Shown here: piece by piece, positions 25,656-38,007 of the stretch | Position numbering within the stretch: position 1 is the stretch's first letter | Layout of the letters: each line of letters begins with the position of its first letter | Program-made: the position numbers and the translations under genes | Assembly (NCBI RefSeq): GCF_036365525.1 | Contig: NC_090414.1 | Location: 20,173,846 to 20,237,845, forward strand | Direction of reading: 5' to 3' | Length of the DNA: 64,000 nucleotides | Source of the DNA: Heterodontus francisci | Taxonomy: Eukaryota | Notes under the pieces: generated by a model | What the model was told of the DNA's origin: nothing | The model's database searches: none | The model's input: only the letters and a program-made list of their open reading frames with translations

Positions 25656-28600
25656 TGTTACCCTTATCCACCCTTTCTGTTACCTCAAAGAATTCAATAA
25701 AGTTGGTCAAGCATGATCTTCCATTTTGAAATCTGTGTTGACTATTCTTCATTATATTTCTGGTTTCTCGGTGTTCCTCTTAACACCTTTGAGTTAAGGA
25801 TTCCATTATCTTTCCTCCGACTGACAGTAAGCTAACTGGTCTATAGTTCCCTGGATTTGTTCTAGCTCCCTTTCTAAATACAGGAATCACTTTAACTGTC
25901 TGCCAGTGCCCTGGCACGGTTTCCTTTTCCAAACAAATGTTTGTGTTTAATAATGTCTCTGCTGCCTCTTCCCAATCCATCTGAACCAGCGATTTCTAGG
26001 GGAAACCATACCTTTTACAGACTGTTCAGACATTGAGTTGCGAGCAAACTGTCCGGTGTTTTCCATCGACGCGGCTGAAAAATATGGACAATATTTAGAC
26101 GATCGGATCCCATACCTGTTTGATAGTGTTCACACACCAGAGAGCTCAGATACTCCAGTGGTATCCAACGGCATAGAATTTGCAGCACAGAAACAGGCCA
26201 TTCAGCCCATCTGCTCCGTGCTGGTGTTTCTGCTCCACACGAGCCTCTTCCCACCTCCTCTTCACCTCACCCCATCAACATCTCCTTCTGTTCCTTTCTC
26301 CCTCGTGTGTTTATCCAGCTTCCCCTTAAATACATCGATACTATTCACCTCGACCACTCCCCTGTGGTAGTGAGCTCCACATTCTCCCCACTCTCTGGGG
26401 TTAGAAGTTTCTCCTGAATTCCCCATTGGATTTATTAGTGACTGTTTTATATTGATGGCCCCGAATTCTTGCCACAAGTGGAAATATCTTTTTTTCTGCA
26501 CTTTCTCCGGTGCCTCGATCTCCTTTTTATAATATGGAGAGCAGAACTGTTCACAGTCACTCCGAGTGTGGTCTAACCAAGGTTCGATACAATTTAACAT
26601 AACTTTTCAATTCAATCCCTGTATTAATGAACCCAGGACTTGCTTTGCTTTTTTTAAGGCCTCATTAACCTGTGTTGTTACTTTTAGTGATTTGTGTATC
26701 TGTATCCCCAGATCCCTCTGTTCCTCCACCCTGTTTAGACTAAGCAGTATCTGACCTCTTCATTCATTCTACCAAAATGCTCCAACTCATACTTATTGAT
26801 ATTGAAATTAATTTGCTAATTACACACACTGTCTCAAAGTTTTTTGATATCTTCCTGTATGTTGTCACATTTCTCCTCAGGATTCTTATAACTCCCATCC
26901 CCAACCCCCCGAAAAAATGTGCGCCCACCACACTTTGAAATTGCACTTCCAATTCTGAAGTCCAAATTGTTTACATAAATGGTGGACAACAGCGATCCCA
27001 GATCTTTTTCCAGTCTGACTAACTACCCTTGACCCCTCCTCTCTGTTTTGTAACCAGCTTGCTATCCTTTCAGCGACTTATCCTCTGATTCCACAAGCTC
27101 CGACCTTAATACGATGTGGTACCTTATCGAAGGCCTTTGGAAAATCCAAATACATTACATCTACCACATTACCCATATCTATCCTGTTTTTTAATTACTT
27201 CAGAGAATTCAATAAAGTTGGTCAAGCATGATCATTTTTGAAGGCTGCGTTATTATATTTTTCAATTTCTAGATGTTTCTCTGACATCTGAGTAAGGATT
27301 CCATTATCGTTCCTACCTCACACAGTAAGCTAGCTGGCCTATAGTTCCCTGGACTTGTTCTGCCACCCTTTTAAAATGTAGGAGTCGCTTCAACTGTCCG
27401 CCAGTGCCCTGGCACTATTCCCTGCACAAATGAATTTAATAGTGCCTCTGCTACCTCTTCCCAAATTGCTTTCAATCTGAGTAGATGCAATCCATCTGGA
27501 TCCAAATATTTTTGGGGCAATATTTAGTTAATTGGAAACCATACCTTTTTCAGAGTGTTCGGACATTATGGAGCTGCGGTCATATCGTCCAGAGCTTTCC
27601 ACCGACATGGCTGGAAAATAGGGATGATATTTAGATGACTGGATCCTGTACATTTTTCATGATGTATCCCCCCGATCCCTCTGTTCCTCCACCCCGTTTA
27701 GACGCTCATCATCCAAGCAGTATCTGACCTCCTTATTCTCCCACCAAAATGCACCAGCTCAGAGTTAGTGACAGTGAAATTCATTTGCTAATGACACACC
27801 CAGTCTGAAAGTTTATTAATGTCTTCCTGTACTTTGTTGCAGTCCTCCTCAGTTTTAACAAATTTGCTGTCTGCAAATTTTGCCCTTGACCCCACCCCCC
27901 CACCCCCCTGTTTTCTGTTTTGTAGCTAGCTTGCTATCCATCCAGCTACTTACCCTCTGACCTTAATCACAAGCCCTTGATGTAGTACCTTATCGACAGC
28001 CTTTTGAAAATCTAGATATATGACATCTACTACATTACCCTTATCTATTCCTTCTTATCCTTTCAAAAGAATTCAGTAAGGTTGGTCAAACTCTTTTTGA
28101 AATCTATGCTGTTCACTCTTTAGTATATTGTTGTTTCCGAGGTGATTATTACATCGTTAGGTAGGGATTCAATTATTTTTCCTACTATTGACGTTATGCT
28201 AACTGGTCTACAGCTCTCGAGACTTCTTGCATCTCCCAATATAAATATATGAATCACTTTAACTGTCCGGCCCTGTTCCCATTTCTAATGGCTTTGATTA
28301 CTTATGTGGCAGCGCCTCTGCCATTTGTTTCCAAGCTGCTTTTAACACGTGCGGATGCAGACCAGGGGATGCTGTGGACGCTGATGTGGAAACCGTACCT
28401 CTTGCACGAGATTCTGCCATTGCAGAGCTGCGCTCGGACGCTCCAAGTGTGTCTGCCGACATGGCTGAAAAATACGAACAATGCTTCGATGATTTGGATC
28501 ACTGATTCACATTGGGACACCACGAGGCTCGGTTACGCCAATGGTGCCCAACGACATGCCTGAATACGACAGGCAATTTTTTTTTTTTTTTAAGATAGTT

Positions 28601-29209
28601 GGAAGCCATACCTCCTAACTGACTTTCACTCACTGGAGCGCTTTGATCCATACGCAGAGTGCTGGTCCATAGTACACCTGAAAGGCATGGGCAATATTTA
28701 GACGATCGGAACCCGTACCGTTTGAACCCCCGCTCAGGCACTCGGGCAATGTGCCCAAACATGCCATATAGGCGTCCAACAACTTGCCGGAAAAATATGG
28801 GGCAATACTTAAATCAAGAGGAACCCGCAACATTCGCAACCTGTTCAGCCACCTAGGAGACGTGCTCTTACTTGGGCCAAATGGACAAGGTGATTCATAC
28901 ATCAGAAAGCTTCCTGGGCAGCCTGAGAATTTAACAGATAAAACATAATCCAAATTAGATAGGGCTCTCACAGCCTCTGGCCCTTCACTCAGTGGGCTCA
29001 CCCTGTCAGCCCCATGAATCTCAAAGTTTCAGTGAGAGAAACACTCTTAGATCCACAGTACATTTTTATAAGGTTCGGACGTCACACGATGAGGGAGCTC
29101 GAGTGCGGTCATTGTCATGCAGGCAAACTTCAGCAGCCATTTTGGGTGGTGTGGGAAGTGGAAAATATCTGTGGTAGTAGGGGGTGCTCTATTGAGGGTC
29201 TACCAAAGT

Positions 29210-29622
29210 ACAGGGAGCTTTACTCTGTATCTAACCCCCGTGCTGTACCTGCCCTGGGTGTGTTTGATGGGGACAGTGTAGAGGGAGCTTTACTCTGTAT
29301 CTTACCCCGTGCTGTACCTGTCCTGGGAGTGTTTGATGGGGACAGTGTAGAGGGAGCTTTACTCTGTATCTAACCCCCGTGCTGTACCTGCCCTGGGTGT
29401 GTTTGATGGGGACAGTGGAGAGGGAGCTTTACTCTGTATCTTACCCCGTGCTGTACCAGTCCTGGGAGTGTTTGATGGGGACAGTGTAGAGGGAGCTTTA
29501 CTCTGTATCTAACCCCCGTACTGTACCTGTCCTGGGAGTGTTTGATGGGGACAGTGTAGAGGGAGCTTTACTCTGTATCTAACCCCCTTGCTGTACCTGT
29601 CCTGGGAGTGTTTGATGGGGAC
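29210..29622. repeat. ~60-bp minisatellite (about 7 copies)
   Basis: Unit gggagctttactctgtatctaacccccgtgctgtacctgtcctgggagtgtttgatggggacagtgtaga. Confidence 0.95.
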
Positions 29623-30380
29623 ATTTGGTGATTTGAAATGAAAACGTTTCAACCAGCAGAATCTTTTTGAAGTGTAACATGAAACCAGCTGAAGACATAC
29701 CAGATGTGTCCACAGGTTGCATTGACTGGTTCGACAATGGCCAGGGGTTCGTCTGGGGACTGGCGATGGAGGAGCCGGTTGGGGTGCTGGAGTACACATG
29801 GCGGTTTGCCGAGGACGACATGTTACGTGGCGCGTTGGGGCGCCTTCTCAGGCCACTTTGCTGACTCGGTAACGAGGGAGTGAATGAGGACGTTAGCTAG
29901 GGAAGGGAGAGAGAGAGAGAGAGAGAGGGAGGAAGGAACAGTTTAACCACACCAGAGCAGAAATATTTCTTCGAGAAACACCACGTGGTGATGGGCGAGG
30001 GGTGGTGGCTGTGAGGGTGTCAATGATCAGCTGCCTCCCCACACCCACCCTTCTCCCTCCCTCCCTCCTCAACCATTGGCCCGTCCGAGGCCTCAGCTCT
30101 TTTTGAGCTGATCTGATGCACGACTCCTGGCCACTGAGCCCTGCTTGAAAGCCAGCCAGTGAATACTGGGCTCGGCCGCGATGCCCCACCAAGTTGAATA
30201 GCCGGCAGTCGGGTGTGAAGAATCGCAGACCCGCACAGGCGAGTTGGGAAAAGGGAGGGGACAGCCCTGTACTTGAATAATCAACTCGGCCTACCCTCCC
30301 AGTGGCATCTGCCTGGGGCCCCCTCCCCGCCAACGCCCAGCCCCACACACACACACACACACACCCCCGAGCTTACTCAC

Positions 30381-30558
30381 AGGGGGTGGTTCCCTCGCTG
30401 TAAGCTGCTCCTGGTTTTGCCTCGAGGTCTCCTCCGGGGGCCAGAACCCACCCCAGATCCACTGCAGGTAGGTGGCGAGCACGATGACACAGAGAAAAGT
30501 GAAGTTTGTGGCCACTCCGATAATGGCCGACGTCACTGGGAAGCTGTACAGGATGTAC
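30381..30558 (-). CDS. bscl2: Seipin exon carrying the second TM helix
   Basis: gcag|[41 protein letters not shown]...|gtgagt; cf. human [40 protein letters not shown]. The downstream terminal exon (probably ~30050-30145) is not resolved. Confidence 0.93.
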
Positions 30559-30699
30559 CTGCGAAGGGGGAGTTGGTGGGGTGGGGGGGTCGTTGAAGAG
30601 AGAGCGAGCGAGTGGTGGAAGTGGGTAAGGAGGAGGAGCAGAGAGAACGGGGGAAAGAAGAGGATTGAGTGATTCAGTGCCCTGAGGCTAACATTCACA

Positions 30700-30815
30700 C
30701 TTATCTCTGGCACTGGGAGTGGTGGCCTGGATTATTGCCTCAAGTCTCTGGCGTGGGACTCGAACCCACAACCTCCTGACTCGGAGGCGGGAAAGATACC
30801 CACTGAGCCACAACT
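30700..30815 (-). mobile_element. tRNA-headed SINE fragment (Deu/SacSINE-like; related pieces near 7900, 15900, 31770, 33370 and 42020-42330)
   Basis: gtggctcagtgg (A box)...ggttcgagtccc (B box)...agagacttgag; related core actgagggagtgctgcactgtc at the other sites. Confidence 0.65.
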
Positions 30816-31500
30816 GAATAATTCCCCACCAGTAACCATGGCAACTGTGGCCTGGCACAAGGTGGGTCGAGTGGGACGACCTCGGCTGCAGCTCCCCGGG
30901 GGGATTTCTGCCCTCCGCAGGACGGACACCAGTTCGGTGATAAACTGCCAGCATTCCCTGTCCTCCCTTTCCGGACGCCGAGGAAATCCGGGCAGGAAAA
31001 CTGGAATGAGGGAGGCGGTCAGTCCTAATCGTACTGAATGGCGGAAGCAGGCGCGAGGGACCGAATGGCCTACTCCTGCTCCTATTTCTTATCACCCTTA
31101 CACAGCAATCTGTGGGATCTTATACTTGGCAGGGGGGCACTGGTCGTGTGCAAGCCTGGAAAACAAGCTATTGAACCACAGGAGGCATCACAGCTGGAAC
31201 ACACTCAGCCCTTCCAACACCCCTAATTGCTCCTGATGGGATTATCATGGCAAGTATGTACCCAACGAGTCTGGGCTCCGTCTATTCTGACCTCCTTCCC
31301 ACCCGTTCCTGATCCTTCACTGCACCCGCCCCCCCCCCACCTCCACCTCTCTGGGCGCAGAGGTGGCAAAAAAATCCACCAGGGAAACGCTCCCTCCCGA
31401 TCGCTGACTAGAAATTCCGGCCACGGCGCAGGTGAGGGCCCGGCTGCGGTGCCCCACATGGCCGAACCCTTTGCGTGTGTGTGCGTGCGTGGCGCTTTAC

Positions 31501-31598
31501 CTTATTCCCGTGAAGCAGGCGTGGATCTGCAGCTGGGCCTTGTAGATCTCAATGCGTTTAGACTGGATCTCAATCACAGCCCCGATCGTCGGAGTGTA
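31501..31598 (-). CDS. bscl2: Seipin luminal-domain exon (98 nt)
   Basis: gcag|[33 protein letters not shown]|gtaaag. Confidence 0.95.
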
Positions 31599-32885
31599 CT
31601 GCACAGAGAAACGACAACAATCAGATCACGTTCCCCCATCAGGCACGATACTTGGCCTCTATCAGCCGGGTCTCAGGGTGCCTTGCAGTCAAAAGGCCTC
31701 GGGGGGGGAGGGGGGAGCTTCATGTCCCAGTCCGAAAACGTCAGCACAGCATCCAAGCCAACGCTCCCACGTACTGAGGGAGTGCTGCACTGTCGCAGGT
31801 GCCATTTCAGTGTTAAACCTCTCCGTCTGAGAAAAAAACAAATCCCCGGTGATGCTATTTTGAACTTCTCCCCGGCGTCCTGCCCAATATTGATCCCTCA
31901 GGCGATAAAACGGACGATCTGGTCATGCATCTCACTGCTGATTGTGGGAGCTTGCTGTGCCGCAAATTGGTCCCCACGTTTCTTACAGCTTCAAGAGTAC
32001 CTCGTTGGCTGTCAGGTGCTCTGGGCGGTCCTGAGGTGGGGAAAGGCGCTCGCGGAACGCAGGTCTCTCCTTCGACCATCAGTGGTCGAGATTTATGGGA
32101 ATTACATGAACAGCGAGGGACTCCAGTCATGTGCGGAGAGGCTGGGGTTGTTCGCCTTTGAAGTAGAGTGGGTTAAGGGGAGATTTAAATCGAGGCGCTT
32201 AAAATCATGAGGGGATTTGATGGAGTAAATGAGGAGAAACTGTTTCCAGTGGCAGGAGGGTCGGTAACCAGAGGGACACAGATTGAAGATAATTGGGAAA
32301 AGAACCAGAGAGGGGGGAGGAGAATTTTTTGTAACGCAGTGAGTTGTTGTGATCTGGAACGCGCTGCCTGAAAGAGCGGTGGAAGCAGATTCAATAGTAA
32401 CTTTCAAAAGGGGAATTGGATAAATAGTCGAGGGGGAATTTTGCAGGGGAGTGGTTAAGCTCTTTCAGAGAGCTGGCAGGGCACGGTGGGCCGAATGGAC
32501 TTCTCCTGAGCTGGAGGTGGGAGGGAAGGGGCCTAATTGAACTTGGACAATGGGGATACAAGCCCTGTGCTGAATATCAGAGAAAGGATACGTGTCAGGG
32601 AGGGTGAGGATTGGAAAATCAAATGTTTCAGAGCACAGCTCGACGTTCATTAAAAGGTGGGGGAGAGGGACATGAAGACTGACACAATTAGCAGCCACAG
32701 ATTCAGCGTGCTGTGGAGTAAGCTTCTCGTTGCCCCTCACTGCCTATCAAATCTAACCCAGACTGTACTAAAGAGCAGAGTGGATGGTGATAGTGTATAC
32801 CCAGTCCCCAGTGATGGCATGCTTCACCTCAAACACACACACTTACTGGGAGCACAGCGGGAACCTCCCTTCCCCCTTCCCTTAC

Positions 32886-33020
32886 CGAGTCCTCCTTGTA
32901 GTCAGAGTACAGCTCGACCTCCACCACTTGTGTCTGCTCCACTAGCCCTGTAACAAAAAGCGGTGCGTACACGATTGTGTCCAGAATCTGCAGCAACCAG
33001 GATTTGTAATGTAACATTGC
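32886..33020 (-). CDS. bscl2: Seipin exon (135 nt)
   Basis: ccag|AMLHYKSWLLQILDTIVYAPLFVTGLVEQTQVVEVELYSDYKEDS|gtaag. Confidence 0.95.
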
Positions 33021-33083
33021 CTGGTGGGAACAACACACAGGGTGATTACATAGGACACATGGTGTGGAAACCGCACACAGCGA

Positions 33084-33116
<33 letters not shown>

Positions 33117-33575
33117 CACAAACACCCCCCCCCCTCCCAGCCATCGCACATGCACAAACACAGAGCCAAGGCCAGAAAACAATGACTGCCTCGACTTCTT
33201 GGTGTTTCACACAGAATCGAACACAAGCACACACTGTTCAGCGGAGGAGAGTCTGTGGGCAGCCCACGGGAGCGAGAATCACGGCTGGGCTCCCCTCCGG
33301 CTGACGCCAGCCCCACGACAGAGAGAACAATCACTGGGTCTGACTGCCACGACACTGAAAAGCAGGGCAGAGGGCGTGGGTTCGAGGGCCACGCTAGAGA
33401 CTTGAGCCCATCACCAGGGGCTGATGATCCACTGCCAGCATCCACAGCTCTCTGGGGGGGGGGGGGGGGGGAGGGGGGTGGGGGGGGGTTGGGGGTAGGG
33501 TGACCCGACGTCCGCGACTCTGGGACGTCCTGCGGCTTTCTAAATGCACGCTTGCCACCTCCGCTTTGCACTCAC

Positions 33576-33718
33576 CGATCTGGAGACTTTGGCGAGCTCT
33601 CTTCCCGTCTTTGTGTAACAAGTCATTTGCACCATGAACATTCCCAGGTTCTGATTGATGGAGACTCGGGCATCAGGAGCCGGAGGGAGATTCGGTATGG
33701 CTGGCCGTACGTCAGCAC
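33576..33718 (-). CDS. bscl2: Seipin exon with an apparent 1-nt deletion (143 nt)
   Basis: ccag|VLTYGQPYRISLRLLMPES(P)-INQNLGMFMVQMTCYTKTGRELAKVSRS|gtgag; the PESPxNxxLGMF motif needs one more base at ~33660. Confidence 0.9.
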
Positions 33719-34435
33719 CTGGAGCAAGCGGGAAGGAGAGGTCACGGGATAAAACGAAAACCTTTCCTTCCTCCCCGCTGCGGCCACCCTCAGGAGCCGG
33801 ACCTCTCTATGGTCATCGTCAACCCATCCCAATACCGACGGGCACCTTTGCCTAACCTCGCTCGTGCCTTCAGCTGCCCCGGGGGCCCCCGAGCACTGGG
33901 ATTCCCTCCCTGAACTTCTCCGCCTCTCTCCTCCTTTAAGACACTCCTTACAACCCACCTCTTCCAGAAAGTCCTTGTGTGGCAAAGTGCGTTGGATAAT
34001 GCTCCTGTGAAGCTACATCAGAGACGCTATATAAATGCAGATCATTGTTGTTTCAAGCACAGCTCGTGCATTCTTCTGGACTGCGGTTCCAGGGGGTGGG
34101 GGCTTGGTAAGGAGACTGTGCCCCCATGTTCTAGACTCTGTAGCCGGGGGGCGGGTGGTTGAGACGGCGGGGGGTGGAGGGGGGGGAAACAGCCTCTCGG
34201 CATCCCCCCGTCAGAATTTTAAACGTTTCAATCAAATGCTTAGTCAGAGTGAGATCGATAGATTTTTCTACACTGAGGGATCGGGGCGGGATTGTAGAAG
34301 AGGGAGGGGCCGAATGGCCTGCTCCTGATGCTCTTGTACTACGGCCGCCTCCCGTTTCTACGTTGTACATTTAGTAACTTAAACTAAAAACAAAAGACAC
34401 GGTCTGACGTGATTTAATCTCACCTTCAAAGAGTA

Positions 34436-34635
34436 NNNNNNNNNNNNNNNNNNNNNNNNNNNNNNNNNNNNNNNNNNNNNNNNNNNNNNNNNNNNNNNNN
34501 NNNNNNNNNNNNNNNNNNNNNNNNNNNNNNNNNNNNNNNNNNNNNNNNNNNNNNNNNNNNNNNNNNNNNNNNNNNNNNNNNNNNNNNNNNNNNNNNNNNN
34601 NNNNNNNNNNNNNNNNNNNNNNNNNNNNNNNNNNN
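34436..34635. other. Assembly gap of exactly 200 N (further N runs at 36963-37393 and 37564-37792)
   Basis: N runs; a round 200 suggests a placeholder of unknown true size. Confidence 0.95.
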
Positions 34636-34719
34636 TGGCAAGCCGAAGTGGGGCAAATCTGAGATACAGCTGGGGGTTGGTGGGGGTAGAAAGAATCGCA
34701 AGGCCCCCTCAATACTCAC

Positions 34720-34779
34720 CAATGCCATGTTTGCCATCAGATTCCCTCCTAGAGCTCCAAACGTGTAATAAACCATAGC
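34720..34779 (-). CDS. SEL1L-like gene exon 8 (60 nt)
   Basis: catcag|[20 protein letters not shown]|gtgagt; cf. SEL1L [20 protein letters not shown]. Confidence 0.92.
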
Positions 34780-34829
34780 CTGATGGGATGTAGAGACACA
34801 AGGAGAGAGAAATTAAATGTCAACTGACT

Positions 34830-35850
34830 TGCACCATTCCCTCCGCGACACCCTGGTCCACACCTCCATTACCCCCCACCACCTCCCCACAGCACCTTCC
34901 CCTGCAATCGCAGGAGGTGTAATACCTGCCCATTTACCTCCTCTCTCCTCACTATCCAAGGCCCCAAACACTCCTTTCAGGTGAAGCAGCGATTTACTTG
35001 TACTTCTTTCAATGTAGTATACTGTATTCGCTGCTCACAGTGTGGTCTCCTCTACATTGGGGAGACCAAGCGCAGACCGGGTGACCGCTTTGCGGAACAT
35101 CTCCGCTCAGTCCGCAAGCAGGACCCCGAGCTTCCGGTTGCTTGCCATTTCAACACTCCCCCCCTGCTCTCATACTCACATCGCTGTCCTGGGATTGCTG
35201 CAGTGTTCCAGTGAACATCAACGCAAGCTCGAGGAACAGCCGATTTACCGATTAGGCACACTACAGCCTGCCGGACTGAACATTGAGTTCAATCATTTCA
35301 GAGCGTGATGGGCCCCCCCCCCCCCCCCCATTTTTATGTTTAGTTCTTTTTTCTTTGTTTATTTTATTTTAGTTTGTTTCTACTGTGCCGACCCACTGTT
35401 TTTTTTCATGTTTGTGCTTTTGGCTGGGGATGTTCATTTTTCTGTCCATTAACACCCTCTCTGCACTAACGCTTTATCTTTCAACACACCATTAAATGGG
35501 TGGTTGATGTTCGGCACAGACTCGGTGGGCCGAAGGGCCTGTTTCAGTGCTGTATCTCTAATCTAATCTAATTAACATACCGTTTGCCTTTGCTCCATGA
35601 CCTTCGGGTCAGTTATTCTCTGTGATCTTGTCCTATCAACACCTTCTCTTTTGTTATCTCTCTGCCCCATCCTGCTTTACTTGCTTAAAATCTTTTACAT
35701 TTCTAATATCTGCCAGTTCTGATGAAGGGTCACTGACCTGAAACGTTAACTCTGCTTCACTCTCCACAGATGCTGCCAGACTTGCTGAGTATTTCCAGCA
35801 TTTCTTGTTTTTATTTCAGATTTCCAGCATCTGCAGTATTTTGCTTTTAT
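34830..35850 (+). mobile_element. Penelope-like element 3' fragment (GIY-YIG endonuclease end plus tail)
   Basis: NVVYCIRCSQCGLLYIGETKRR..DRFAEH...VACHFN...LGTLQPAGLNIEF, characteristic PLE GIY-YIG motifs. Confidence 0.9.
35713..35754 (+). ncRNA. Candidate minimal type I hammerhead ribozyme in the PLE tail
   Basis: AGTT-CTGATGA-AGGgtcactgaCCT-GAAA-CGTT-AACT: intact core boxes, short stem II, palindromic AACGTT at helix III, AGTT/AACT stem I. Confidence 0.65.
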
Positions 35851-35891
35851 ATAACTGTCGAATTAATACTGATTTAAGAAGTTACACCCAC

Positions 35892-35945
35892 CTTAGCCTG
35901 ACTGGAGTTTACATTCAGTCCTGTCGCATACAGGAATCCTAAAAA
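35892..35945 (-). CDS. SEL1L-like gene exon 7 (54 nt)
   Basis: cctag|FLGFLYATGLNVNSSQAK|gtgggt; cf. SEL1L ALGFLYASGLGVNSSQAK. Confidence 0.92.
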
Positions 35946-36099
35946 CTAGGAGGGGAAGACAGAGAGAGAGAGAGAGAGATTACTGCCGGGTAATTCGTTA
36001 TTTGGGACAGTAAGGAAAGAGATGAGAGACACAGAGAAGAGGCCCACATGATCAGACAGGCGGGCAGGGAAAGAGAAAGGATAAAGATACAAGGGCGGA

Positions 36100-37563
36100 A
36101 TGAGAGAGAGAGGCAGAGAGAGAGAGAGCGAGGGGCAGAGAGAGAGAGAGAGAGCGAGGGGCAGAGAGAGAGAGAGAGCGAGGGGCAGAGAGAGAGAGAG
36201 AGCGAGGCAGAGAGAGAGAGAGAGGGGCAGAGAGAGAGGGGCAGACAGAGAGAGAGAGGGGCAGACAGAGAGAGAGAGGGGCAGACAGAGAGAGAGAGGG
36301 CAGACAGAGAGAGAGAGGGCAGACAGAGAGAGAGAGGGCAGACAGAGAGAGAGAGGGCAGACAGAGAGAGAGAGGGCAGACAGAGAGAGAGAGGGCAGAC
36401 AGAGAGAGAGAGGGCAGACAGAGAGAGAGAGGGCAGACAGAGAGAGAGAGGGCAGACAGAGAGAGAGAGGGCAGACAGAGAGAGAGAGGGCAGACAGAGA
36501 GAGAGAGGGCAGACAGAGAGAGAGAGGGCAGACAGAGAGAGAGAGGGCAGACAGAGAGAGAGAGGGCAGACAGAGAGAGAGAGGGCAGACAGAGAGAGAG
36601 AGGGCAGACAGAGAGAGAGAGGGCAGACAGAGAGAGAGAGGGCAGACAGAGAGAGAGAGGGCAGACAGAGAGAGAGAGGGCAGACAGAGAGAGAGAGGGC
36701 AGACAGAGAGAGAGAGGGCAGACAGAGAGAGAGAGGGCAGACAGAGAGAGAGAGGGCAGACAGAGAGAGAGAGGGCAGACAGAGAGAGAGAGGGCAGACA
36801 GAGAGAGAGAGAGGGCAGACAGAGAGAGAGAGGCAGACAGAGAGAGAGAGGGCAGACAGAGAGAGAGAGGGCAGACAGAGAGAGAGAGAGGGCAGACAGA
36901 GAGAGAGAGAGGGCAGACAGAGAGAGAGAGAGGGCAGACAGAGAGAGAGAGAGGGCAGACAGNNNNNNNNNNNNNNNNNNNNNNNNNNNNNNNNNNNNNN
37001 NNNNNNNNNNNNNNNNNNNNNNNNNNNNNNNNNNNNNNNNNNNNNNNNNNNNNNNNNNNNNNNNNNNNNNNNNNNNNNNNNNNNNNNNNNNNNNNNNNNN
37101 NNNNNNNNNNNNNNNNNNNNNNNNNNNNNNNNNNNNNNNNNNNNNNNNNNNNNNNNNNNNNNNNNNNNNNNNNNNNNNNNNNNNNNNNNNNNNNNNNNNN
37201 NNNNNNNNNNNNNNNNNNNNNNNNNNNNNNNNNNNNNNNNNNNNNNNNNNNNNNNNNNNNNNNNNNNNNNNNNNNNNNNNNNNNNNNNNNNNNNNNNNNN
37301 NNNNNNNNNNNNNNNNNNNNNNNNNNNNNNNNNNNNNNNNNNNNNNNNNNNNNNNNNNNNNNNNNNNNNNNNNNNNNNNNNNNNNNNNNNNNNAGAGAGA
37401 GGGCAGAGCGAGAGAGAGAGAGGGGCAGAGCGAGAGAGAGAGAGGGGCAGAGCGAGAGAGAGAGAGGCAGAGAGAGAGAGGCAGAGAGAGAGAGAGGCAG
37501 AGAGAGAGAGAGAGAGAGAGGCAGAGAGAGAGATAGAGAGAGAGAGGGGCAGAGCGAGAGAGA
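36100..37563. repeat. (GA)n-derived 16-18-bp tandem repeat (gggcagacagagagag) spanning N runs
   Basis: Direct inspection; explains the RERE/LSLS pseudo-ORFs. Confidence 0.97.
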
Positions 37564-38007
37564 NNNNNNNNNNNNNNNNNNNNNNNNNNNNNNNNNNNNN
37601 NNNNNNNNNNNNNNNNNNNNNNNNNNNNNNNNNNNNNNNNNNNNNNNNNNNNNNNNNNNNNNNNNNNNNNNNNNNNNNNNNNNNNNNNNNNNNNNNNNNN
37701 NNNNNNNNNNNNNNNNNNNNNNNNNNNNNNNNNNNNNNNNNNNNNNNNNNNNNNNNNNNNNNNNNNNNNNNNNNNNNNNNNNNNNNNNNNNNCAAGCAGC
37801 AGATCGAGAGGGTAAGAAAGTCAGCGATAGACAGTGATACAGGGGGAGGGGGAGACAGAGAGAGACAGGCAAATAGAGAGGTCGAGGGGGGAAAACGAAG
37901 TAACGGTGAGGCAGAGAGAGATAGAGCACGAGAGACAACAGCGAGATGAGAAAGAGCAGATTAACGAGAGAGAAGGGAGAGTTCGAGGCAGACGTTCTGT
38001 GACTTAC

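Larger units (their letters stand above)
20740..28830 (+). repeat. Local segmental duplication, 4-5 diverged units of ~1-1.5 kb (motif block + SINE-like tail + antisense CR1 pieces)
   Basis: The same ordered blocks recur from ~20750, 22040, 25990, 27510 and 28380 (e.g. gaaaaatatggacaatatttagacgat; cttgctatcc..cagctactta; aaggattccattatc..taagctaactggtctatagttccctgga). Confidence 0.85.

Noticed and set aside
31227-32210. 327-aa plus-strand ORF
   Set aside because: Antisense to a seipin exon and running through SINE and CR1 fragments; no coherent domain.
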